From the NCBI RefSeq assembly GCF_021869535.1, contig NW_026262668.1, positions 13,206,001 to 13,270,000 on the forward strand: 64,000 nucleotides of DNA, written 5' to 3'. Shown piece after piece: positions 25,905-39,600 of this stretch. Source of the stretch: Mytilus californianus. Its lineage: Eukaryota. Every line of letters starts with the position of its first letter. The stretch's first letter is position 1. Below the pieces are notes generated by a model. That model saw nothing but the letters and a program-made list of their open reading frames with translations, was not told the origin of the DNA and made no database searches. A program made the position numbers and the translations under genes.

Positions 25905-26885
25905 AATGATATTTACTGTAGAGTATACATGCTTATCATTGAATGTCATTTCATACCATTCTCATAATTTGAATACTGAATATCTTTTGTATAGCATTTT
26001 CATCATTGAATATTGAATATCTGTTTTATAGCATTCTCATGTTTGAAACTTTGAATACTGAATATCTTTTGTATAGCATTTTCATCATTGGATACTGAAT
26101 ATCATTTGTAAAGCATTTTCATCATTGGATACTGAATATCATTTGTAAAGCATTTTCATCATTGGATACTGAATGTCATTTGTAAAGCATTTTCATCATT
26201 GGATACTGAATATCTGTTTTATAGCATTTTCATCATTGGATACTGAATATCATTTGTATAGCATTTTCATCATTGGATACTGAATATCATTTGTACAGCA
26301 TTTTCATCATTGGATACTGAATATCATTTGTACAGCATTTTCATCATTGGATACTGAATATATTTTTTATCGCATGTTTGAAACTTTGAATATTGAATAT
26401 CATTTTCATAGCATTATCATAATTTGAATACTGAATTATATATTTTACAGCATTCTCATGTTTGAAGCTTTGAATATTGAATATCATTCTCATCATTGGA
26501 TACTGAATATCATTTTTATAGCATTCTCATGTTTGAAGCTTTGAATATTGAATATCATTCTCATCATTGGATACTGAATATCATTTTTATAGCATTCTCA
26601 TTATTGAATACTGAATATTATTTTCTGGCATTCTCGTCATTGAATACTGAATATCTTATTACAGCATTCTCATGTTTGAAACTTTCAAAATATATATATT
26701 TTTATAGCATTCTCATTTTTGCATATTGAATACAATTTTATAACATTCTCATGACTGAATACTGTATATCATTTTTTATGGAATCACAAAATTGAATACT
26801 GAATATCATTTCTATAGCATCATACGTTTGAAATACTGAGTACTATTTTTATAGAGCATTCTCATGTTTGAATACTAAAAAAGTA
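25905..26885. repeat. 37-bp minisatellite with a homogeneous core and degenerate flanks
   Basis: ggatactgaatatcatttgtaaagcattttcatcatt at 26090, 26127, 26164...; longer variants carry ctcatgtttgaa.ctttgaat. Confidence 0.95.
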
Positions 26886-29800
26886 TGCACAAGTTTTGTT
26901 AAAGAAATCTCAACATTAGCTTCTAGTGTTTAAATACTAAATACTATTAACTATTAGATATTGTAAATTAGTATGTAAACATATATATATTTATCTATTT
27001 TTTTTTCTCATGACTTTATTGAAGGTGAATTATCCAAACTCCTAAATCCCTGGGGCACTCATCTGTTCCATCTGAGTTTTTGGACCTTGATGGAATTTTA
27101 TAACTGGTCATTTCTAAAATTTCATTCACCCCCCAAGCACTTCTGAGACAAATTTTATTAAATTTATTCCAGCGCTAGTTTGATAGACCCCTGCTACTCT
27201 ACTAGCACATGGGCTATCCCCATGCAGACCTTGCACACCCCGGCTGCAGATGAGATGTTTAGTCTCGTCTCCTCGTGGAGACCCTTTGCTCCACATTCCC
27301 TGGCTGGCGCATTGTCGGGAAGGCATGTTCTTCTTCACACTGAAGGTTGCAAGATAACTTGCTCAGGCAGGAACTCAAAATTCTATTTGTATACTGAGTG
27401 TTTCTCAAGGGCCAAAGCCAGTTTGATTTAGTATTATTAATAATAAAATCATTATTCATTCTACATATATTTCTGCTTTGAGCCAGTATGATTTGCTGAA
27501 ACTATGTTTTGGTTTACATACAGAAACGTGCTTTAGTTTGTTTGGAGCTGGTATTTGGTCTACAATGAACAATTATGTGAGTTGTTGTCGTGACTTTATT
27601 GAGATTTGCTCTATCAGGAGAGTTTTACTTGAACTAAATATTGGACTTCATGACTTCTCGTCAATATACACAGAACATAATTTACCTGAAATTACAGCTG
27701 TTAAAATACAGGTTGATGTGATCATAAATTAAGCATTTCATTTCATCAATGGAAGGTTTGCATAATGAAACTTTGGTCATTGGGATAGGTAAATAAAATA
27801 TATATCAAAATATTTAGTAAGCCTGCCGTTGGTGAACTGGAATATTTTGCTCACTGACACTAGACATTTAAAAAAGGAGTATTTGCATACACTCGACAAT
27901 AACAAAATATTAAACAACTACCTCCTAAAACTATAGAAATTGTATTCCCACTATATGGGACTTCGGAAAATATACAATATGAGACTACAAGAAAAATACA
28001 ATATGAAACAACAGACTACATACATCATGTTGGTAGAAATATATTCACAATTTTTAAGCACGATTACAAGCTACAGTAAAGTCATTCATATGAGTTGTGT
28101 TGAAAAGCTGTATTTTGTTCTTTTAGTCTTGTCATTTGATTGAAACTCTTTGAACTGGCAATCACACTCATATTCTGTTAGGGGTGTCATCTGACCATGA
28201 CCCCATTTTCATGGTTCATTGGTCAATTTTAAGTTTTTGTGTTTTGATCTGTTTTTCAAGTACTACTAGCAATAGCAATAGGTCAACTATAATTGGTGTA
28301 TGGAATAATTGTAAGGTGTACATGTCTGTCTAGCCAGTATCATCTGACCTTGACCTCATTTCCATGGCTCATTGGTCAACATTAAGTTTTTGTGTTTTGG
28401 TCTGTTTTTCAATTACCCTTAGCAATGGGTCAACTATATTTGGTGTATGGAATAATTGTAAGGTGTACATGTCTGTGTGACAGTTTTCATCTGACCTTGA
28501 CCTCATTGTTATGGATCTTTAAAAATGTTAAGTTTATGTGATACTTGTAGTAAAGTCTTTATCTTTAAGACCTTCAACATAAAATCAATGGTCAGTAAAA
28601 CAGGCAAGACATTTCAGCGTGTGCACTCTTGTATTTGTATGTTGTCTCATAAAACAACGTAAGGGCAATTTACGTGCAAAAGTGTAGAATTCGGTAACCC
28701 TTTTTTTTGTTTTTTTTATAATGCTAGATTTCGTTATCAATCTTTTTTTTTTTAAATGCTGATACCCCCTCTCTGCAAAAAATGTTGCACACTGTATACA
28801 TGTATGTGCAATAAAAGTATGTTTCTACAAGTAATTAAACTTTGAAAGGTACTAATCTGGTTCACACTTTAGGCACAAAGACATCGTTAAGGTTTTGCCA
28901 TTATCTATTTATATATTAAAGAGAATAAAAGATGCAACCATATGCTTGGATTGTCTATCCGTGTCATCGTTGTTATAAACTGATATATCGGAAGAAAAGG
29001 TGTGGTTTTAAATCAGATGGCCTAGTGCAGCACACAATAACATTTCTGATTTATTTAATTCTGAAAATTACATTTAACCGTTCTTTAAAGGATTCTAAAT
29101 ATGACCTAATGAATGTTTTTCCGTAATTATTCGGCAATAAATCGTTGTTGCCTTCTGTTCCTATATAAGTAAATTGTCAAAAGGAATGGTTACCAGAGAC
29201 ATATATATATATCTGCGGTTACGAACCACATACCATGGTTATTTCAATTATTACCAAATATTTTTTTCATTGTATTAATATCACTTTTCTAACAATAATA
29301 TCAAACAGTATTCCATGACATATAAAAAAGTAAAATAACAAAAATACCAAACTCCAAGGAAAATTCAAAATCGAAAGCTCATACACATAAAAAAAAGGAA
29401 AACAACAGTCATATTTCTGACTTGGTACAGGCATTTCCTTATGTGGAAAAAGGTGGATTAGACCTGGTTTTATAGCTAGCTAAACCTCTCACTTGTAGCA
29501 AAACAAACAGACATAATAGGTAAAAAGGTAAAATAATTTGGGTACAGCAGTCATCATTGTGTTATAATCTTAACCACTATAAAACAAATAAGTAATTAAA
29601 CAAAGCAAAACAAAATGGTATATAGACACTCTATAGACAAAGTACATAAGCAAAAATGAAAGACAATTATTGCCCCACCCTTTGTGTTTAATATTGTTCT
29701 TTGATCATGACAGCTGTCAATCATTTTGATATACTCTTACTTAATCAAAAAGACAAAACTAGCCAGTAAATTGAAAAAAGTAAAGACTATTATTCTTGAA

Positions 29801-31152
29801 AAAATGATCTTAATTAAGATGTAACCAAATTTTGTACAGTTCATTTCTACTTTCTGTTTGGGAGGCCGGTGTCTTAGGAAAGAATTGGAACAATTCCAAT
29901 CTTTCCAAAAATGGACATAACGGTAAAGGTTAAAATATACAAAGGCAAATAAAAAGAACACTATAACACGTGATTAAGATGTACATGTCTGTCTGGCAGG
30001 GTTCATCTGACCTGACCTCATTTAGATGGCTCATTGGTTAATGCTAAGGTTTTGTGTATGAGTTCGTTTCTAGGCTTTATTCAACTATATTTGGTGTATG
30101 GAATGGTTGCAAGGTGTAAAAGTCTGTCTGGCAGGGTGCATCTGACATTGACCTCATGTTCATGGTTCTTTGGTTAATGTTAAGTTTTCATGGTAAGGTC
30201 TGTTTCTTGGGTACTGTAAGCATTAGGTTAACTATATTAGCTTCATGGGATGATAGTAAGGTGTTCGTGTTCGTCTGAAAGGGTTCATCTGACTTATACT
30301 TCATTTACATGGATCATTGGTAATGCTAATTGCATGTAGAATTGTTGTATAACCTTTTCCAAAGACTTTCAACATAATTTCAATCATTATCAGTAAAGTG
30401 CACTCTTGTTCATAAACAGGAAAACTCTTGTGTTTGCGTAAAACTATAAACATCATTATCTGATAATTAATTTGTCTAGAAAGTCTATGGTTCATTAATA
30501 AGCCATTGAAAAATACACCATTAATGATGGAAATTATTCCTGGGTTTGAGTCTTAACGCAACTATAATTTGTATATTTAAATGTATACAACTCTTCAATT
30601 AAATTTGAAAACAAAATTAGAATAAAAAGGGTCAAAGATAAATTTCCAGTTAAGTGGGAAAATTCTATACAAGGTTGTTTATTTTTCAATTTGAAGTGTT
30701 TACAATCTTTTTAATTTTTGCTTTCTTCTCATTTCCATAATCAATTGGAAGTCTACACACAAAAATATTGATCTACTAAACAACTAAAATGATCAAAACA
30801 TTTTGTACATATATCATTAAATACATATACAAAGAGCAATTAACAAAAGGGAACTGAAAACACTAAAGACAAAAAGTTAAATGACACCTAGACCTATGCA
30901 TTTGGGGGATAAACTTAGAATCATAATTTAGCCATTTACAGTTGTGTTTGTCATTATGTGCTTATGAAAGCCCCAGGAAAAACAGAATATTTTAATCACT
31001 TTTCTGTATTTTTAGGATCACTATTTGTCAATGTTACAGTGAAACATATATATAAATATACATTATTGTGTCATTTTCTTTTTCTTTTCATTTTATTCAT
31101 AAATTTAATTGTAACCAAATCATTGTAATTATTTGTACCAAATTTAACTTGT

Positions 31153-31425
31153 TTTTTATGCCCCACCTAGGGGCATTATGTTTTTCGGTCTGTGCATCCG
31201 TTCGTTTGTCCGTCTGTCCCGCATCAGGTTAAAGTTTTTGGTCAAGGTAGTTTTTGATGAAGTTGAAGTCCAATCAACTTGAAACTTAGTACACATGTTC
31301 CCTATGATATGATCTTTCTACTTTTAATGCCAAATTAGAGTTTTGACCCAAATTTCACGGTCCACTGAACATAGAAAAAGATAGTGCAAGTGGGGCATCC
31401 GTGTACTATGGACACATTCTTGTTC
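31153..31425 (+). mobile_element. Short single-core HINE
   Basis: ttttatgccccacctaggggcattatg hairpin, gtccgtctgtcc microsatellite, 3' ggggcatcc...cacattcttgtt. Confidence 0.6.
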
Positions 31426-31479
31426 ATATAATGGGCGTCTTTAATTGACAATTAAACATTGAACTTAAACTTGAACATA

Positions 31480-31860
31480 TCTGGACTTACATCTATATTT
31501 TTACATTGAGGATCTAATGAAAATTAAACTTTATGACAAAAGATATGATTACAGCTTCCAAACTTATCATTTCTATACAACAACATTCCTGCAATGCCTG
31601 CATATGGAATAAAGATCTCCAAGCTGATACAATATTCAAGAGCTTACGTTTCCTTTCATGATTTTCTTTTAAAACAGAGGGAAGTGCTTATAAGGGAAGA
31701 ATTGAACCAAGGGTTCCTAGTAATAAAGTTGAAGTCATCCCTTAAAATTTTGTTGTTGTGGAATTTCAGTGTCACAGATGACCACAGATATGTGTCAATT
31801 GTTTTAGCCATAATTCCGTCCTCTTTTCGTCGATTGTGACCTTTCTGAATGAGACTTTTC
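31480..31860 (+). pseudogene. Penelope-like RT C-terminal remnant
   Basis: PAYGIKISKLIQYSRAY..F.DFL...ELNQGF..KLKSSL parallels YGVYISQLVRYARVC...LLSQGF in the 11-kb copy. Confidence 0.7.
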
Positions 31861-33444
31861 ACCAAAAAATGAATATTTTAGTTTCTACCTATTTAATATA
31901 CTTTTTGAAATAAAAGGCAAAACCATCAAAATTTGCTAAAAATTATCGTTTAAAGGCAATTTCTACTTCAGGAATCATCTTCTAATTTTGGTGAAAATAG
32001 AAGTAGATCTCCACATTCTGAGCATTATCGCCGATATAAGATTTTCCCTATCTTTAAAGTTTGCAAGATTTAAGACAATTAATGCATTTTACCATTATAT
32101 TCTTTTTTTAGCCAAAGCGCCCATGTTTGTTGACTGATTGAGAAAATACACAACTTAATACAAGACCCCTAAAGGATCATAAACCCCAAGTTTTCTTGAA
32201 ATTAGTTATTGTTTCAGAGGAAAATTTCTATGATAAAGTAAAAGATGGATACACAAATGTATGTTAATGTATGATATAAACGAACTCATAATTTTGGACC
32301 AATAATCAAAAAATTTACCCATTAGGTCTCTATGTTACTTCTATTTTCTTTAATATAAAATACTTGATGGAGTAAGTATGAATAGTGTAACAGCCTTCCA
32401 TTCAAAACAAAAACATTAGACATGTGCTTTAAACCTGTTTCGTTGTGCCATGTGACTTAACTCATTTAAATATCAAAGGACACTATACATGTCATCAAAA
32501 ATGACCATCATCTAAGTTTTTTTTATAACTGGTTTTTATACGATTTTATAAATGAACTTGCATGTATCTACAAAGATGTTATTTGTGGGAAAAATATTAT
32601 AATCAGATGTTTTTTTAAAATTTTTATTCCTTACCAAATCTTCATTTTTGTTACCTTAATTTGATTATATATTTATATATATCTTATAAAAGAATATAAG
32701 CAAGCTTTTAATGCTTAAAGCATGATGACAGTATTAACAAAATGGAGAGGCTCAAAAAAGTTTTATCAATAAGTATTTACAGAATACATTCAATATTTAC
32801 TTTTCATAAACATATGAAGGTATAAATACTAAAAAAAATATTTTTTATATTATTCATTTTCACAAAATTTCATTTCTAAACTGAAATTTGCCTAAAACTA
32901 CTTTGGTGTGTTTAAAAATGTTATACTAGTAATGTCCAGTGGAACATATTACTGAGAATACTCATAGAAATAGAACAATGAAAAATACAAATTCATGTAT
33001 ACAGAAAGTTCAGTAATCACATGACATAAAACTTAAATGAAGTCCAAGTTTGTTGCTGGTCAGAGTAACTCAAATGAGAAAAGTCACATGGTACAATGAA
33101 ACAGGTCTAAAGCACATGTCTAATGTTTTTGTTTTGAATGGAAGGCTGTTACACTATTCATACTTACTCCATCAAGTATTTTATATAAAAAAAATAGAAG
33201 TAACATAGAGACCTAATAGGTAACTTTTTTGATTATTGACCCAAAATTATGATATTCATAGTCAGAGTTCGTATATATCATACATTAACATACATCAAGA
33301 AAAAAAATGTTTATTTGTAAGAATTATTTTTTGAAGATTTATAGAAGTCAAACGGACTATAATGTTTTAGAGGTTTTCCATGTTGAATAAATCAAAATTA
33401 TTTTCTCCATTGAAACAAACATGTTAACTATTTATTAAATTTAT

Positions 33445-33654
33445 TCAGCTTGACTTTGGTAGCCTATAAACTCCTCCGGCATATAATAGTTTTTGTTCTT
33501 TAACTTTTCTATCTAGAAATCCTTTTAGCTCTTGTGTACTGCATTCCATGGTAGTTGGTCCTTGCATTGCAAACATTCTCAACATTGTGTGTATTCTTTC
33601 TAAAGGAAGGCTTTCTAAATTAGTCAACATTCCCACTATATATGACCAGAATAC
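33445..33654 (-). CDS. ANAPC2: ANAPC2 exon 12 (terminal)
   Basis: VFWSYIVGMLTNLESLPLERIHTMLRMF...LLYAGGVYRLPKSS*. Confidence 0.95.
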   Translation of the reverse strand, partial: VFWSYIVGMLTNLESLPLERIHTMLRMFAMQGPTTMECSTQELKGFLDRKVKEQKLLYAGGVYRLPKSS

Positions 33655-36600
33655 CTAAAAGAAAAATTACATAAATTATAATAGTTTTGAAAAAAAAAAA
33701 TTTTTTAAATCTTGTATTTCAAAAAGGCTGTTCTAATAAAATATACATGGTACCAAGGAAAAGCACTTTGAAAAAGGGGAAACCACCTAAAGAGGTAATT
33801 TTAGAATATCACTTGCATTTTCGCTTTAAAAAATGTATATGACATCAACCCCTAGTTGAGATGTTGAAGTGCCTCCCCTGGGTCCCATGTATGTGTCTAT
33901 AGAATAGCCCTTATATACAAGAGTGCACATGCTGAAATGTCTCGCCTTCTTTACTAATCATTGATATTATGTTGATAGTCCTAAATATAAAGCTTTACTA
34001 CAACTATCACATACACTTGACATGATCCAAGAAAATGAGGTCAAGGTCATATAAACCAAACAAGAAATACATGTACACCTTACAATCATTCAATACACTA
34101 AATACAGTTGACCTATTGTTTATAGTTTCTAAGATACAGACTTAACCAAGAAAACTAAACATTGACCAATGAACCATGAAAATGAGGTCAAGGTCAGATG
34201 AACCATGCCAGGCAGACATGTACAGCTTGCAATCCTTCCATACAACAAATATAGTTGACCTATTGCTTATAGTATTAGAAAAACAGACCAAAACACAAAA
34301 ACTTAACACTGAGCAATGAACCGTGAAAATGAGGTTAAGGTCAAATAAAACCTGAAAGACTGACATGTACATCGTAAAATATTTCCATACACCAAATATA
34401 GATGACCTATGAACCATGAAAATGAGGTCAAGGTCAGATGAACCATGCCAGACAGACATGTACAGCTTGCAATCCTTCCATACAACAAATATAGTTGACC
34501 TATTGCTTATAGTATTAGAAAAACAGACCAAAACACAAAAACTTAACACTGAGCAATGAACCGTGAAAATGAGGTCAAGGTCAAATAAAACCTGAAAGAC
34601 TGACATGTACATCATAAAATATTTCCATACACCAAATATAGATGACCTATTGCATATAGTATTAGAAAAAAAGACCAAAACTCAAAAACTTAACTTTGAC
34701 CACTGAACCATGAAAATGACGTCAAGGTCAGAAGACACATGCCAGCTAGACATGTACACCTTACAATCATTCCATACACCAAATATATTAGACCTATTGC
34801 ATACAGTCAATAAGAAAAAAAGACCAAAACACAAAAACTTAACTATAACCACTGAACCATGAAAATGAGGTCAAGGTCAGATGACACCTGCCAGCTGGAC
34901 ATATACACCTTACAATCATTCCATACACCAAATATAGTAGACCTATTGCATACAGTATAAGAAAAACAGACCAAAACACAAAAACTTAACTATAACCACT
35001 GAACCATGAAAATGAGGTCAAGGTCAGATGACACCTGCCAGTTGGACATGTACACCTTACAGTCCTTCCATACACCGAATATACTAGACCTATTGCTTAT
35101 AGTATCTGAGATATGGACTTGACCACCAAAACTTAACCTTGTTCACTGATCCATGAAATGAGGTCGAGGTCAAGTGAAAACTGTCTGACAGGCATGAGGA
35201 CCTTGCAAGGTACGCACATACCAAATATAGTTATCCTATTACTTATAATAAGAGAGAATTTAATATTACAAAAAATCTTAACTTTTTTTTCAAGTAGTCA
35301 CTGAACCATGAAAATGAGGTCAAGGACATTGGACATGTGAATGACAGAAACTTCGTAACATGAGGCATCCATAAACAAAGTATGAAGCATCCAGGTCTTC
35401 CACCTTCTAAAATATAAAGCTTTTAAGAAGTTAGCTAACGACGCCGCCGCCGCCCCCGCCGGATCACTATCCCTATGTCCCAAAGGTCGCAGGCTCAACA
35501 AAAACTGTTATCCAGCTTGTTTAGCTAAGGGAAGCTAAAATTGCAAAGTTTTGGTATATTTCTACAAAATGTATACATATACTCATCTATAATTTCCAGA
35601 TGTTAGTGACATCTAAATTTCAGTTATTCCCTTATATTGTTACAGATAAGAGCAGGCAGTAATATTCTACAGTAAAATTGTTTGAAAGTTAAATGGTGGC
35701 AGTTAGCGAAACAAAAACAAAATTTGACTACACCTTTCAATCATAGCGCATTGATCATTTGACGATGGCAGAAGATATTTTTTAACAATGGTGGTGCACT
35801 ATCATAAAACAGGTCATGGAGATCCCTGATAATGCGTTCTTCCATTTTCATTTTAAGCATTTCAGATGTATATATACAAAAGCATTTGTTAAAATATACT
35901 TTTTCACTTTTTGGGTCTTTTGGAAAATGTTGTTTGTGCTGTATTTAGACCCCTCTACCAAGAAATTTGTTTTGCATGCACACCTATAAAAATTGCGGCT
36001 TTTATCCAACGCAATCATAGGTTTGAACATTATTTTCAATTTAGACTTGTTTATATTTTTTCGTTTGGGCTTGTATTATATTTGCCTTCGGGTTTATATA
36101 ATCCGTTCATCCTATTTCGACTCTTCAAAATTCAAGAGTCTATCCTAAATTGAGGTAAATTATATGGCCTTCCAAATACCGTTTCGATTCCTAACATCAC
36201 TGAAGAGACATTACTTGTCGAAATCTGGATATGGTGTACCAATTTTTGCACCTCATGTTTGCACTATACCATCTTTTCTGCAAGTTTATTGTTTTCTGTT
36301 TGGTATTAAATCAATAATTAAGATTCATTTTGTTACATCTGGTGATCCGTTTATTTGGCAATCACCATAGCAGTCAGCAGGGTTTAAAAACATCTGTTGT
36401 TCGACCTGCTAGTCAAATGCGTTTTGTTAAAATATACTTTTTCACTTTTTTGGTCTTTTGGAAAATGTTGTTTGTGCTGTATTAAGACCCCGATACAAAT
36501 AAATATATATAGTGTCTAAATATAGCAACAATCAACATTTAATCAATCTAGGCTTGGATCAGTTTGTAGATAAATTGATGCAGTTACTAAATTAAATTAT

Positions 36601-39600
36601 ATAAATGTCTAAGAATGTAACTTTTACACACTAATGAAATATATACATACACTTTGATTTCTTATTAAAATTATTTGGGGGTGGGTTCTGAATGAAAGTG
36701 AGGTCTAACCATATTTCTCATTTCTACCTTTAATAGCTCCTACAAAGACTCTTGAAAATTCAGTTCAAATGTGATGAGATAATTAGTCTGTAATTCCTCC
36801 TCCCTCAGTGACTGAGCTGAGGCCTCACAAAGTTTAAAACATATAATGAGATAACTGACCTGTAATTCCTCCTCCCTCTGTGACTGAGCTGAGGCCATGG
36901 CTGATTCTGTCTCATCATCGTCAGTAACAATAACATCATGTGTTCTGCCCTTATGTTCTTCCACTAACAGAAACGTGTCTGTTGTTTCCTCCTTGAGTAA
37001 ACCCTGTGTTTGCCAGTAGGCTATCTTTCTCCTCAATGCTGTTGCTGGCATTTGTAACTCATTGCTCAAGTCTTCAACTGTCCATTTTTCTATAAAAAGC
37101 AAGACATTAAAATCAAAATTGCACTATGATCAGCCAGAAGCTGCTGTCGAATTAATACATAACTTAAGATCCTAGCCTCCTGCAGCATTTTTAAGATATG
37201 AATATTTAAAAAACCAGACACTTTTTATTCAAATATTAATATTATTTTTTGTTCATTGGAAAAAATCAAAAGAATACATGCTCCAATTTAAAAAAAATAT
37301 GTTCTTCATGCCTCGAAATGCCTCAAAAAGTTCTTATCAGCAATTTTTCAGTGAATCATGACTAACTGCAGGTACCCCAATATACAAAAGGCACAAAAGA
37401 TCAGTAAAAAAAAAAACCTTACCGATGTATCCTATCAAATACATTCAGATTTCTATTTCATGTAAACTAACAATGTTATGTTACAATCTCATTGATATTT
37501 ATCATGTTTATCCCACATCTTCTTTTACTCATAAAAACTGTACATACCTTGTTTCTGAAACTGCATAATAATGGCAGCATGAACCGGAGACACGTTAAAG
37601 TTTATTGTTCTATCTTTAAGCTCTATATCAATGTTAACAAGACCTGCAAATAGAAAATAATGTTTTACAACTGACATTATTTGTTGTCAACATAGTCTTT
37701 TACTGAATCTAGACCTACAACTAATCTTTCTGATACTAGTGATTGGTGCAGTTGATTAATCTCAAATTGGACATATTTTTATTGGTCTCTTGAAAATACC
37801 CTTGTCTAGACAAAACAGTCTGTTTCCTGTCATTACATGTTTTGATATTGCTAGCTGATAAAAAATTATACCTGAATTATTTCAATGATTTCATGAATTA
37901 TGATTATTTCAATATTTTTTGTATGTTTGGCTTAGCAGCTAGGTATACTATCATGCAGTTTATTGCAAGTTTTCATCATTCTGTTAAAAAACACAGTTCC
38001 TAAAAGAACTTACCAACAAACAGATTTTTGCATAAATTTTGAAGTTAATTTTCACAAGAAGTAGAAAAGCTACCTTACCTAAATGTGGTTTCCAGTTTAA
38101 CGTTCTATTTCCCTTCAGAGCCTCAAATTTCTTTGTGTATTCCTTCAGTGATTCCTGCATTACTTCTGGAAGAGTTATCTTCTCTTCCCTGAATGCTGGC
38201 CAAAATTGAGCTGATAAAACCATTGCATTTACATCAATTTCCTATAACAAAACAAGTTTTACATTTTAAAAATTCTAGTGAGATTAAAAATTTAAATTTC
38301 AATGTTTCAGCACAAAATAGCAGATTACTCAAAACACCAAAAGAAAAGTGTGAAGTATTCATACAGCTTTGGCCTAAAATCATCGGAAAACTCTTTACAT
38401 TTTTTGAGATTGTGGTTAATGATAATGTGAGTGGAGTCTATTAATTTTTATTTTGAACCTCAAATTCATTCTTGTTCAAGAATTTTATCTAGTAATCTAC
38501 ACTAATAGAATATTTTTATTTTGAACCAAGTAATGATTATGGACAAATTGACTAAAGTTCAAATGCCCCCTAAAATTTCTTACTTCTTGATTTGAAAAAG
38601 ATTTTGTGACTTATTTTTTTGTGTTCATTTTACCACAGACCTACATAAACTTAATAGCAAGAAGTCTCTGAACAAAGAAGAAGATACTTTTGGCCTACAA
38701 AATTATTTGATAGGATAACTTACCCCTCTTTCAACACTTTTATTTATAGCTTCAGTGACTAGGGTGAACTTACCCCTCTTTCACCACTTTTATTTCTAGC
38801 TTCAGTAACTAGGGTGTACTTACCCCTCTCTCACCACTTTTATTTCTAGCTTCAGTGACTAGGGTGTACTTACCCTTCTTTCACCACTTTTATTTCTAGC
38901 TTCAGTAACTAGGGTGTACTTACCCCTCTCTCACCACTTTTATTTCTAGCTTCAGTAACTAGGATGTACTTACCCCTCTCTCACCACTTTCATTTCTAGC
39001 TTCAGTTACTAGGGTGTACTTACTCCTCTTTCACCACTTTTATTTCTAGCTTCAGTAACTAGGGTGAACTTACCCCTCTCTCACCACTTTTATTTCTAGC
39101 TTCAGTGACTAGGGTGTACTTACCCCTCTTTCACCACTTTTATTTCTAGCTTCAGTTACTAGGGTGTACTTACTCCTCTTTCACCACTTTTATTTCTAGC
39201 TTCAGTAACTAGGGTGTACTTACCCCTCTCTCACTTCTTTTATTTCTAGCTTCAGTAACTAGGGTGTACTTACCCCTCTCTCACCACTTTTATTTCTAGC
39301 TTCAGTGACTAGGGTGTACTTACCCCTCTTTCACCACTTAAATTTTTAGCTTTAGTGACTATATAGTACCTACCCCTCTTTCACCACTTTTATTTCTAGC
39401 TTCAGTTACTAGGGTTTACTTACCCCTCTTTCACCACTTTTATTTCTAGCTTCAGTAACTCTGGTATTCAGTCTTTTGGAATCAGCTACATCTTTCAACA
39501 TCACTTCACAAAAATGTAATTGTGTCTCTCCAAATCTTAATTTAAGTAGTTCTAAGTAGCGAATCTCTTTCTCAATTTCATAATTAAATTGAGTGAGGAT

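Noticed and set aside
34142-34678. 178-aa minus-strand ORF
   Set aside because: It is a translation of HINE tandem cores (internally repeated peptide), not a gene.
38720-39460. CRISPR-like appearance of the 50-bp array
   Set aside because: Units are contiguous with no unique spacers, the context is eukaryotic, there are no cas genes, and the unit derives from the adjacent exon.
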